From the NCBI GenBank assembly GCA_964016885.1, contig OZ024742.1, positions 82,274,001-82,338,000 on the forward strand: a stretch of DNA of 64,000 nucleotides. The letters are read 5' to 3'. The notes under the pieces are model-generated. The model had not been told where the DNA came from. It ran no database searches and saw only the letters and a list, made by a program, of their open reading frames with translations. The position numbers were made by a program, and so were the translations under genes. Below, piece by piece: positions 1 through 12,965 of the stretch. This DNA is from Eledone cirrhosa (Eukaryota). Numbering within the stretch: position 1 is the stretch's first letter; every line of letters starts with the position of its first letter.

Positions 1-442
1 AGTTATACCATTTACGTGGTTTTGTCATTGCGTGTAATTGCTCTCAGCGATGCACATAATGACGTATTATTTTCGTTTTTTTCGTTCATTGCCAGAGAAC
101 GTCTCCATCAAGCACCTAATAGAATATTAGTCTATGACTTCATTTATCCCATAAATGTGGTTTTGTCTTTGCGTGTAATTGTTTTCATAGTGCCAAATAA
201 TGCCGTATTATCTTCATTTTTTTTTTCAGTTATTTGCCAGGGAACGTTTCACGAACCAACGTATCGTCTTCCTGTCTTCCGTCGGTTGCAACATTTTTTG
301 AAATATTTACTTCTGCGTTCACAGATTGACCTTTTTAGCTTTAGAAGATCCCGTTAAGGGTGAAAGCAGCGATTCTTTGCTTAAACTTTAATGTGTTATT
401 TTAATAAATATAAATATATATATATATATACACATACATACA

Positions 443-550
<108 letters not shown>

Positions 551-950
551 CGCTCGCACACACACACACACAAACACGCGCACCTCGAAATAAAAAAGAA
601 ATCATTTCCGGAAATAAACACCTGCCAAATACTTGATTAAAAGCCATCACTAATACTATACTCTGTTTTTTCTAATTACCCAGCACAAAAGAACTGTGAC
701 AAAGAAAGAAACTAAAACACACATATACCACACTACAAAAAACAAACAAACACATATATATACAATATACCTTAAAACCTTTTTTTTCTTTACCCCAAAA
801 TTATTTCTCTAAGTTTTGATCGAATCACACTTACAATACGACACACACGCACACACGCCCCACCCCCCCATATATATATATATATATATGTATATGGACT
901 AAGCACATACACATATACAGAGAGATCGGTACCTTTGCAGACATACACAC

Positions 951-981
<31 letters not shown>

Positions 982-1141
982 AATTGGAATAAATGCTCTG
1001 AAATAGCGATACATATGTGAATATAGACATAGAATATTCGAAAATATTCTGTATGTTTATAATAAACATTTTGAAGACCTAATCGCTATAGAATAGAATA
1101 CGTCACGTATTACAATTAGATTCTCGATAAAAGCAAGGGAA

Positions 1142-1184
1142 GTAATCTACGCGTTTCATTCTCGTTAGAAATCATCAGGACTAC
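1142..1184 (-). ncRNA. Minimal type I hammerhead ribozyme (also at 1452-1494, 1762-1804, 2072-2114)
   Basis: Exact reverse complement of the motif at 2259-2301. Confidence 0.93.
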
Positions 1185-2258
1185 ATATCCAGTGCTTTTA
1201 TCGAGAATGACACAGCTAGAGACTTATAGAATACTTAGCTGTGTACAGGAACTGGTTTGAAAGAGCGGTTGCCGGTCCGGCAGAAATTAGAAATTGGAAT
1301 AAATGCTCTGAAATAGCGATACATATGTGAATATAGACATAGAATATTCGAAAATATTCTGTATGTTTATAATAAACATTTTGAAGACCTAATCGCTATA
1401 GAATAGAATACGTCACGTATTACAATTAGATTCTCGATAAAAGCAAGGGAAGTAATCTACGCGTTTCATTCTCGTTAGAAATCATCAGGACTACATATCC
1501 AGTGCTTTTATCGAGAATGACACAGCTAGAGACTTATAGAATACTTAGCTGTGTACAGGAACTGGTTTGAAAGAGCGGTTGCCGGTCCGGCAGAAATTAG
1601 AAATTGGAATAAATGCTCTGAAATAGCGATACATATGTGAATATAGACATAGAATATTCGAAAATATTCTGTATGTTTATAATAAACATTTTGAAGACCT
1701 AATCGCTATAGAATAGAATACGTCACGTATTACAATTAGATTCTCGATAAAAGCAAGGGAAGTAATCTACGCGTTTCATTCTCGTTAGAAATCATCAGGA
1801 CTACATATCCAGTGCTTTTATCGAGAATGACACAGCTAGAGACTTATAGAATACTTAGCTGTGTACAGGAACTGGTTTGAAAGAGCGGTTGCCGGTCCGG
1901 CAGAAATTAGAAATTGGAATAAATGCTCTGAAATAGCGATACATATGTGAATATAGACATAGAATATTCGAAAATATTCTGTATGTTTATAATAAACATT
2001 TTGAAGACCTAATCGCTATAGAATAGAATACGTCACGTATTACAATTAGATTCTCGATAAAAGCAAGGGAAGTAATCTACGCGTTTCATTCTCGTTAGAA
2101 ATCATCAGGACTACATATCCAGTGCTTTTATCGAGAATGACACAGCTAGAGACTTATAGAATACTTAGCTGTGTACAGGAACTGGTTTGAAAGAGCGGTT
2201 GCCGGTAAGTATTCTATAAGTCTCTAGCTGTGTCATTCTCGATAAAAGCACTGGATAT

Positions 2259-2301
2259 GTAGTCCTGATGATTTCTAACGAGAATGAAACGCGTAGATTA
2301 C
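2259..2301 (+). ncRNA. Minimal type I hammerhead ribozyme (also at 2569-2611, 2879-2921, 3189-3231)
   Basis: gtagtc-CTGATGA-t ttct aacg agaa t-GAAA-cgcg-TA-gattac: stem I gtagtc/gattac, stem II ttct/agaa, palindromic CGCG stem III, GUA cleavage triplet. Confidence 0.93.
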
Positions 2302-3363
2302 TTCCCTTGCTTTTATCGAGAATCTAATTGTAATACGTGACGTATTCTATTCTATAGCGATTAGGTCTTCAAAATGTTTATTATAAACATACAGAATATT
2401 TTCGAATATTCTATGTCTATATTCACATATGTATCGCTATTTCAGAGCATTTATTCCAATTTCTAATTTCTGCCGGACCGGCAACCGCTCTTTCAAACCA
2501 GTTCCTGTACACAGCTAAGTATTCTATAAGTCTCTAGCTGTGTCATTCTCGATAAAAGCACTGGATATGTAGTCCTGATGATTTCTAACGAGAATGAAAC
2601 GCGTAGATTACTTCCCTTGCTTTTATCGAGAATCTAATTGTAATACGTGACGTATTCTATTCTATAGCGATTAGGTCTTCAAAATGTTTATTATAAACAT
2701 ACAGAATATTTTCGAATATTCTATGTCTATATTCACATATGTATCGCTATTCCAGAGCATTTATTCCAATTTCTAATTTCTGCCGGACCGGCAACCGCTC
2801 TTTCAAACCAGTTCCTGTACACAGCTAAGTATTCTATAAGTCTCTAGCTGTGTCATTCTCGATAAAAGCACTGGATATGTAGTCCTGATGATTTCTAACG
2901 AGAATGAAACGCGTAGATTACTTCCCTTGCTTTTATCGAGAATCTAATTGTAATACGTGACGTATTCTATTCTATAGCGATTAGGTCTTCAAAATGTTTA
3001 TTATAAACATACAGAATATTTTCGAATATTCTATGTCTATATTCACATATGTATCGCTATTCCAGAGCATTTATTCCAATTTCTAATTTCTGCCGGACCG
3101 GCAACCGCTCTTTCAAACCAGTTCCTGTACACAGCTAAGTATTCTATAAGTCTCTAGCTGTGTCATTCTCGATAAAAGCACTGGATATGTAGTCCTGATG
3201 ATTTCTAACGAGAATGAAACGCGTAGATTACTTCCCTTGCTTTTATCGAGAATCTAATTGTAATACGTGACGTATTCTATTCTATAGCGATTAGGTCTTC
3301 AAAATGTTTATTATAAACATACAGAATATTTTCGAATATTCTATGTCTATATATATATATATA

Positions 3364-4365
3364 TTAACTAGAAATTGATTGACATATAAACAGACATATG
3401 AAACAATCACATGGGATCATTTGTAAAAGTGTGTAAGGATCTGGCTTCTGTCGTTTACCAATCGATTAATTGGTGAAATATATTTCTTTAATGGAATATA
3501 TACGAGGAAGATTAATCATATTATAAGGTATCTATTTTTGAAGTTCTAGTTAAACTTTATTTAGTTACCTACCTAGCTATGTGTGCTTACACACTTTTAC
3601 CAATTATGCCCTGTGATTGTTTCACATGTCTGTTTATATGTTAATCAATTTCTAGTTGATATAAAATGCTCGCATCTACTTATTAGAATCTTGGAGCATA
3701 TTTTAGGGGTCATATGGCGCATGTCTATCTGGCATGACAACCTTAATTTAATTTGATTTAATTTAATTTAATTCAATTTATCTTAATTTTGGATATATAT
3801 AAATACGGCCCCTTAATTGTAGAGCTAACTCAGTTGAAAGGACTTGACTACTGTTTCTAGTTGTCGATAACCCTATTCACGCCACTGGGACGAAGCTGGT
3901 ATGATGTGTGTAATTTTATTGGATACAGCACGTGTTACTGGCCAGTCGGTGATTTGAACTTGATGCGCAAACACAGATGTCTGGACCTCTTCCTTGTTGA
4001 AAATCCAGTATCTGACTTCAGTCGTTTAACAATCGATTAATTGGTGAAATATATTTCTTTAATGGAATATATACAGGGAAGATTAATCATATTATAAGGT
4101 ATCTATTTTTGAAGTTCTAGTTAAACTTTATTTAGTTACCTCCTTAGCTATGTGTGCTTACACACTTTTACATATTATGCCCTGTGATTGTTTCATATGT
4201 CTGTTTATATGTCAATCAATTTCTAGTTGATATAAAATGCTCGGATCTACTCATTAGAATCTTGGAGCATATTTTACGGCTGATATGGCGCATATCTATC
4301 TGGCATGACAACCTTAATTTAATTTGATTTAATTTAATTTAATTCAATTTATCTTAATTTTGGAT
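3364..4365. mobile_element. Unclassified non-coding element: about 571-bp-period partial tandem preceded by a short inverted copy
   Basis: About 3440-3800 is repeated directly at about 4010-4365. 3364-3437 is the reverse complement of about 4155-4230. Both sides are (TA)n. No convincing HHR core found. Confidence 0.65.
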
Positions 4366-4375
4366 ATATATATAT

Positions 4376-4412
<37 letters not shown>

Positions 4413-4528
4413 CAGACACATACATTATCTTTCTCTCTCTCTCACACACACTCCGCCCCCACAAACACACACATACCCACCCACACATATGCACGCACAC
4501 ACACACACACATACGCACACACACACAT

Positions 4529-4575
<47 letters not shown>

Positions 4576-4777
4576 CATTATTTAATATTTTTCATTATTA
4601 GATCAAAGCGTTTCCAAATTAAAAGTGGCACTTTAAGTGTACAGCGCTTGTTATGTGTGGTAGTTAATCACTAAACATTAAACAAAATATTGAACTAAAT
4701 TCTGACTTTAAATTGTCTAAGTAACAATATAGTTTTATTTCTTTTATAACAAAATAGTATTATTTATTTCCGATATG

Positions 4778-4935
4778 GATTGAGAGTATCGATGGAGGGT
4801 CGGGCGCCATGCTTTCCAGCATAGAGTTACTCCAAGGTTAACTTTGTCTTTCATCCTTACGGGGTCGATAAAATAAAGCCCCACTAATACACTTGGATAA
4901 TTGCTGGCCTTGTGCTAAGTGTAGAAACAATTATT
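4778..4935 (+). mobile_element. tRNA-derived SINE family 1 (decayed copy)
   Basis: Shares ttcatccttacggggtcgataaaataaa...gctggccttgtgc..agtagaaacaattatt with the copies at 6863, 17943, 32470, 35706 and 56222. Confidence 0.75.
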
Positions 4936-5343
4936 TCTTTCAATATTTTGAAATGTTCTAACGGTTGGAGAACAGCCAAAAGAAGCAACACCTAATTACC
5001 AACAGCCCACAACCAATTATCTTTTTGCAACGAAATAATCTGTCATATATATTTATTAACAGTACCCATGCCTTAATTGTTGTTCCTGCTACAGCTGTTC
5101 CCATTTTGATGCATTTTGGGAAAATGTTTGCACGCTAATATTACATCGGTATCGGCGCATATTAAATATTTGATAAGAAATAGGAGACGTCTTATCAGAA
5201 AATCAGATTTCTAAATTCTGGAGAGAAGCTGGCAACGTAATATAATTCCATTCTTTTTATCATGCAGGTATTACGTACGTAACTACTAACACATGTTTAT
5301 ACTCACCTTCTTCTAGCTAATAGATATTCAAATAATAAATGAG

Positions 5344-5391
<48 letters not shown>

Positions 5392-5795
5392 TGTGTGTGT
5401 GTGTGTATGTGTGTGAGTACGCGCGCGCGTGTTTGTGTGTGTGTGTATTTATATATCATTTAGTCATGTGTATTTATGAGTTAAGTGTATCTAAAAGAAA
5501 ATTATCCCCTCGACAGTTTTGAGGGTGTGATGATTCATACAATTTTAATCATTGTTAAATAGTGCTCCGGAATTATCCAAGCAATCGCGTGTTAATAATC
5601 AGATATAAGTCACTTCTCTACGTTAAAAAGATATGTGCAAAATTCATTAAACAATAGACGCAATCAGCAGCAGGAAATTACAAGTGACAATACAAAATAA
5701 ATAGTGAAAAAATTCTAATGTGAAGATCAGAAGTTTTGAAAGTAGTCAGATATTGAATTAAGGAGCGGGTGAGACAAAATCATATATATATATTC

Positions 5796-5873
<78 letters not shown>

Positions 5874-6375
5874 TATATATATATTCACATACATATAGAT
5901 ACCATACAGGCAGTGTCATATATAACATATGTATATACGTATGTATCAAAGCTAGAAGATTAAAAATAGGAACTAATGTAAGAAGAAATTAAGATAACGT
6001 CAAAAAACGATGATGGAAGAATTGCTTTTGAATTGATATAAGATACGGTATATACCTAGAGAGAATGGAAACCTGAGTTGTGGAATATTGGTAAGCTGTT
6101 ATATCAGTATGGAAATAATTTGATGCTCTGTTACGTCAGTTCATTTTCTTTATTCCGATTGTGCTACACAATAGACAATTTTTCGGGCCCTGTGCAATGT
6201 TTCAACCCTACATCACATTATATAAGTAAATTGGAACCGAGGTGAAATCGACTTCAAATTACACTTCCTAATATATTTTAATATATATATATATAGTTTT
6301 GGCAAATATTGATGCAATTCAATTCAAGCACTCTACATACTCTTTCCACATAGGATCGACGGAGTATATTAAGAA

Positions 6376-6780
6376 TACGAAAATGTGAAGTAGTTTCAGG
6401 TGTTAAAGTAGATTATTGTTACGGATGTGATAGATATTTCAATGACAACAATGGTCACGCGATTCCACGTACCCAGTGCCATGCTCTCATCACACAGCTT
6501 CGTACATAATAAGTTTCCGTCCTCGAGGCAAACCAAATTAAAACGAAAAGGGAATGGAGAAAGATGATTTTCTTGAAGCGAAAAACAAAATCTTTGTACT
6601 TTACATTGTCGTTTTAATTTGGATTGCCTCGAGAACGTAACCTTATTATGTACGAAGTTGTGTGATGAGATCATGGCACAGGGTACGTGGAATCGCATGG
6701 CCACTGTTTGGGTTGAATTATGTATCACAGCCGTATCAATAAAGTACTTTAAAATTTGAAACTACTTCACATTTTCTTAT
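6376..6780. repeat. Imperfect fold-back (palindromic) element, about 170-bp arms
   Basis: gaaaatgtgaagtagtttca is inverted at about 6757-6777. About 6450-6546 is inverted at about 6609-6708. Spacer about 60 nt. Confidence 0.8.
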
Positions 6781-6862
6781 TATGTATATGTGTGAATGTG
6801 TGTGTGTATGTGTGTGTGTGAGCGCGCGCGCGTGCGTGTGTACATATAATATACATATATAT

Positions 6863-6970
6863 AATAATTGTCTCTACTTTACGCACAAGGCCAGCAATTA
6901 CCCAGTGCATTACTGGTACTTTATTTTATCGACCCCGTAAGGATGAAAGGCAAAGTCAACCTCGGCGGAT
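6863..6970 (-). mobile_element. SINE family 1, 3' part
   Basis: cacaaggccagcaattacccagtgcattactggtactttattttatcgaccccgtaaggatgaaaggcaaag. Confidence 0.8.
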
Positions 6971-6984
6971 AATGTATGTTTAAT

Positions 6985-7345
6985 ATATTTGGCAATATTC
7001 CGGCATCGCTGGGCCAGCAATCGCTCTGTATAATCAGATCCTGATTATTACTGGAATTCTATAAGAATCCAGCATTTATAATTTTCGACGGAAGCAGGGG
7101 GTGCTTATAGCTATATATGGATACATACATACATATATATATATACAGGGAGTGCGTGGCTCTGATGATCGCCAACAGCGTGAAACAGACTGTTAACTTC
7201 TCCCCCTTCTTTAGCCGAAAAGAAGTACGTTTCATAGTGACTACTTTAAAGCCGATAGCGTATGGTCTTCTAAATGTTTTTAATTAAAAATACGGTATAT
7301 TGCCAAATATACTATACATATATTCATGTATATATCGCACCAATC
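6985..7345 (+). mobile_element. Diverged solo monomer of the retrozyme-like family A, with degenerate HHR at about 7150-7200
   Basis: Homologous to 48900-49200 (cgctctgtataatcagatcctgattatt...attctataagaat; ggtcttctaaatg..ttaattaa). Core CTGATGA-tcgc caaca gcgt-GAAA-cagactg-TT is present but stem I pairs poorly. Confidence 0.75.
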
Positions 7346-7366
7346 CTAATATGTATATATATATAT

Positions 7367-7626
7367 CACCTTGATCACCTTGTCCGACCAGTCTGTCGAG
7401 CACCAATCGGCGCCGCTGGTAACAGCACGTCGTGCTGTTTTAGCCGTAAGATAACGCCATCCCACTGGCTGGGCGGGCAGGCCGGTACTCATTTATACAG
7501 CTGAGTAAACTGGAGCAACGTAAAATAAAGTGTCTTGCCAAGGAAACAACACATCACCCGGTCCGAGATTTGAACTCACAACCTTTCGGTTGCAAGCCCA
7601 ATGCTCTAACCACTAAGCCATGCGCC
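7367..7626 (-). mobile_element. tRNA-derived SINE family 2
   Basis: Minus strand starts ggcgcaTGGCTTAGTGGttagagc...GAGTTCAAATC (Pol III A and B boxes), followed by a tRNA-unrelated body. Confidence 0.8.
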
Positions 7627-8290
7627 TTTGCTGTACTAAAATTTGAATTTTAACTCCTAGAATTAACGATTAACTGATTAATTTAATTAGATGATTCTAT
7701 TCATTGATTAACTGTTTATGTTTGTTTGATAACTTCTGGTTGAGTGCTTAATCGGTCTGTCTAAAGGAATTTCATTCCTTCGTCTCACATTTCAATTCAC
7801 CGCCAAAGCGGGGGTTACCTCCCTTGGAGAAAACCACGTGTCTATACCGAAATTCACTGCTAGAACATACCCACAGAGGCTAAAGAACACATGACTTGCT
7901 GAAGAAGTAAATCCTCTGTTCTGTCGCCAATAACCATTAACTTGCAGATCCTGCAAGCGGAATTTGTCGATCTTGGTTTTGCAGAAACCTAGCGCTGATG
8001 TTGCGTGCTGTATGTGATGTAAATCGTGTGCTATACGATATGCATTATATATTCCATTCGGTCCCAGTGTTCTGTCCAGGTCAGTCTAAAATCTTTTCCT
8101 GAGTCCTGTATTTTCGTTGCTATGGTAATGCGGCTGGACTGCCGATCGCTATATTTGATTTATTAAGCTGTCTAAACGTATTGTTATTACTCTGGGGTAT
8201 TATTCCCATTCGAGTGCTAAAGCTACATACCGAAATTGCATTCGTTAGCTTGGCCGCAAACTAAAGCTTCGTTAATGCTGTACTAAAATT

Positions 8291-8405
<115 letters not shown>

Positions 8406-8499
8406 GGATACTATTTATAGTTATGTATATATTATACACAACTATAAACAGGTAAGGTCAGTCATTTATTACTACCTTATTACCAGTAAGATAAATAGC

Positions 8500-9830
8500 T
8501 CAATGTAAGAACATCATTTGTTATAAAAAGCAGTAATATAGAATACACAAGAATCAAAGCTATGTTAGAACATTTATTTGTTGACAATTGTTTCATCCAA
8601 GCCTAGGCTTGGATTCTGCGGAGCATTCTTAAAAGTGTTTGTATATATAATCAACCTCCTATTCTGCTGAAGAGTCATACAGATACATATTGTGGATAAC
8701 AGTGTGGAATGGATGCGACATATATTATGTTATACTTTAATTGTACAATAAGATTCAAAATTACAATTAAAGCTTTTGGTGGAGCACATGTGACAGATAA
8801 TACAAGAGCGTCTAGTAAATAAATAAAATTAAAGAGACAGTACGTTCGTTAGTTATATATAAAGCAATTGAACAAGCAAAAGTATCAATCATATATGAAT
8901 GCTGGGTGTTGCATAATAATTACAAGCACTTAACGCAGGTGTGTTATTACATTATGGTGGTTGCAATGCGGAGATATTTTCTGTGTAGATCAAATACGTG
9001 TGTGTGTAGAATAGAAAAGTTCCGGGTTTCACACCCATTACATATGTAACGATATATTTGTGTTGAGTGTTTGTCATAGTAATGGATGTAATGTAAAGTA
9101 TCGTAGTGTTAAACGACTCAAAATAATTCCATGGTTAATAGATGTGAGTTACAACCAACATATATACATACATAAGAACTACAACACAAAAACACTTGAA
9201 TGAAAATCACCTCTCCAATTCTATCACGTGCTTTGCGTTACACCTTACAATACCTACATTATCACCACATGTCTCTCTAACAAATTGCACGCTATCTTAA
9301 ACATTTTTAACACTTATAACATGCTTTAACATCCCACACGAAATATGTTTATTTCAACTGCATTATAACTCTTTCTTCATACATGCCTTATTGACTGTAT
9401 TAACTCCTGCATTGTACACCCATAACATTAACTGTTCTCCAATGTTAAGATATCTTATATCGTATGTCTATCCTATCCCACATTTTTACTTACTTACGAC
9501 GTGTTAGCCTGTACTTTTTTCTTACACTTTCAAACAGTGCTGCCTATAATTATGTTCTCTCAAGCAAAACATCTTTTTAACTCCTGACTCTCCACATGAT
9601 GTCTATGACACTAACAACAATTATGTACCCTTAATGATCTGAATGACTAGGATTTTAGTTACATGTTTCGAGATTCCCTATGCTCCGATGATTCCAGATT
9701 TCCCTCTGGAAGAAACAATGTTTAGCAAATAAATGTTCCAAAGTAAAATTTGATCGTTTTAACACTTTGCTCTGAAAAATACATGAAAATTTGAATTGAG
9801 CCTTTTGTCATACCGGTACCCAGATAGAAC
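8500..9830. mobile_element. Old head-to-head PLE-like 3' end/pLTR remnant with degenerate HHRs (- about 8575-8625; + 9681-9727)
   Basis: Plus arm reads tgct-CCGATGA-ttccaga tttccc tctggaa-GAAA-caatg-tt-tagcaaataaatgttc. Minus arm reads tgct-ccgcaga-atccaagcctaggcttggat-GAAA-caattg-TC-aacaaataaatgttc. Strand composition flips near 9130. Confidence 0.5.
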
Positions 9831-10441
9831 TGGTACTACCCTCCATATTTATAACTGTATTAAACATATATAAATATAAATATTCTTATTACTATATATA
9901 TATATATTTATGTGTGTGTCTCTGCGTCTGTGTGTGTGTGTCTGCGTGAGTGTATGTATGTGTGTGTGTGTGTGGGTGCGTGTAGGTGGGTGTTTCTGTG
10001 TGCGTGTGTGTGTGTATAAGTGTGCGCGTGTATGCGTGTGTGCAAAATCTATAACAATTCTAGAATTTAATCTGAAAATAATCGGTTAAATATCACGATG
10101 ACCTACTGGAAATTTTTCTTGAATATAAGTGGATACACATGCATACAAAATGATACATACGCAAATTAAAAAGCACACTCCCCGCAACATATACATTTGC
10201 ACACAGTCACGCACGATGAAACACCTCCACAGTAGCACAGATACAACCCGTATGGTATCAGGAATCTAATTAAATGTATACATCAAGTATGAATGTAGAG
10301 AGCACGTGAATAACATTGTGTATAAAAACGAACATGGACAAATTCAAACATAATATCTGACTTAAACATCTGTCCCCGATGAATACAGGAGGAATCGCAA
10401 TGTCGAAACACACACATATATATATATATATATAAACTTAC

Positions 10442-10799
<358 letters not shown>

Positions 10800-10844
10800 A
10801 TATATACATATATATATTTATATATATTTATATATATCTATATA

Positions 10845-11236
10845 CTAGCAGATTTACCCGGCGTTGCTCGGGGTTTGAAATTATGCTAAGACTATACAGC
10901 TAGGAAGTAAATGAAGAAAAGTATTTGTCCCCAAGCTGTCAAAATAAGCAGTCTCATTATAAGGATTGTCAATAAAGTTGGTTATCTCCCTTTTTTATAA
11001 GGATCGTCAATAAAGTTGGTTATCTCGCTTACATCAATTATGCTACCGATAATTTAGACATCGATGTTTTATTACTCAACGTGGGTCGATTGGAAAAATG
11101 TTTGTGATATGACCATCTTAGCGACCTATGCAACGTGCACCAACACATTTAGACAAATTCGGTCGGTAATTGTAAAAGCCTTAGGTATCCAACGTTGTAC
11201 ACTGACACACACACATCCTCGCTTTTATATATATAA

Positions 11237-11239
<3 letters not shown>
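10845..11239 (-). mobile_element. Non-autonomous Helitron
   Basis: Minus strand a|TCtttatatatataaaag...cccgagcaacgccgggt aaatctg CTAG|t: 5'-TC, subterminal GC hairpin, 3'-CTAG, AT target. Confidence 0.8.
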
Positions 11240-11273
<34 letters not shown>

Positions 11274-11724
11274 ATATTAACAAATGGAAACTATATTTAT
11301 AAAACCATATTTATTTCATTATACATATTTCAAGGGCCACCAGTGCAAATTATGGTGCGCTTTCAGTAGATAAAATATAATATAGGTTAGTTTTATAAAT
11401 AGATATTGACATTCCCTTAAAAAATGCAACCATTACGGTTGGAATCTCCTGGATAGTGGAGTTATTAGATTTATTATTGGTTTATTAGGCAAATAGTGTT
11501 GGAAAGGTTTAAAGCAGTATATTTAAATTAGTATATTTAAATTAAGCCGCTGGAATAGATTCCAACCAGAATGGTTCCATTTTTTAATGAAATAAATATG
11601 GTTTTATAAATATAGTTTCCATCTGTTAATATATTGTATATTTACACCAATAAATTGTTGAGTGCTTTATATCAGTTATAAAAATATTTAGCTTGTTGTA
11701 TCCCAACAAATTAAATATAACCTC

Positions 11725-11786
<62 letters not shown>

Positions 11787-11855
11787 AGTATGTATGTATA
11801 CGTACATACATATATGTATACAGACGTACAGTAGCATGCACATATATATATATAT

Positions 11856-11915
<60 letters not shown>

Positions 11916-12077
11916 GCATACAGGTACACATACATATATGCACGCATCAGATTAGCCTACGTTTATTATAACGCCGGCCGCTTTGTTCGTTTGTTTGTCA
12001 ACAAAGCGAACAGCCTGAATTTATGCCATACGGTGTTAAGGCAACCACGTCACCTTTTTGTTCAACACTGACACAGG

Positions 12078-12122
12078 AACGATGTACTAGTTTCAAGCTT
12101 GTTAGCTATCATCAGCACCGTT
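12078..12122 (-). ncRNA. Minimal type I hammerhead ribozyme (also at 12607-12651, 13128-13172)
   Basis: Reverse complement of the motif at 13697-13741. Confidence 0.93.
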
Positions 12123-12376
12123 TACCCATCTGCCAGATAGTTGAACGTTCGAAAGTATATACTTTCCTTATGAAAATTAACGGCTGAGCAGCCTAATTTG
12201 CATATTGAGTGAGTTAAATCGGTCAGGCATACCGAAAACGATTAGTTGAAAAAAAATGAAAACGAAATTTCATTTCTCACTCTTAGTATGGCACTTACTT
12301 AAATGTAAGTATGTATGTATACGTACATACATATATGTATACAGACGTACAGTAGCATGCACATATATATATATAT

Positions 12377-12444
<68 letters not shown>

Positions 12445-12905
12445 GCATACAGGTACACATACATATATGCACGCATCAGATTAGCCTACGTTTATTATAA
12501 CGCCGGCCGCTTTGTTCGTTTGTTTGTCAACAAAGCGAACAGCCTGAATTTATGCCATACGGTGTTAAGGCAACCACGTCACCTTTTTGTTCAACACTGA
12601 CACAGGAACGATGTACTAGTTTCAAGCTTGTTAGCTATCATCAGCACCGTTTACCCATCTGCCAGATAGTTGAACGTTCGAAAGTATATACTTTCCTTAT
12701 GAAAATTAACGGCTGAGCAGCCTAATTTGCATATTGAGTGAGTTAAATCGGTCAGGCATACCGAAAACGATTAGTTGAAAAAAAATGAAAACGAAATTTC
12801 ATTTCTCACTCTTAGTATGGCACTTACTTAAATGTAAGTATGTATGTATACGTACATACATATATGTATACAGACGTACAGTAGCATGCACATATATATA
12901 TATAT

Positions 12906-12965
<60 letters not shown>

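Larger units (their letters stand above)
981..3352. mobile_element. Retrozyme-like array A1: 310-bp hammerhead-containing unit, about 4 tandem copies then about 3.7 inverted copies, inside (TA)n
   Basis: Unit start aaattggaataaatgctctg at 981, 1291, 1601, 1911. Strand switch at 2206 (gccggt|aagtattc). The inverted arm runs to about 3352 and merges with (TA)n. Copies are near-identical, with no ORF and one HHR per unit. Confidence 0.92.

Noticed and set aside
17-290. About 140-bp diverged tandem repeat at the window start
   Set aside because: Truncated by the window edge, with no HHR or other feature visible, so it cannot be classified.
981-3352. CRISPR-like array or ordinary satellite DNA
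   Set aside because: There are no unique spacers or cas genes. The dispersed diverged relatives, HHRs and inversion argue for retroposition rather than simple satellite expansion.
7540-7626. tRNA gene
   Set aside because: It has A/B boxes but no complete cloverleaf and continues into a SINE body.
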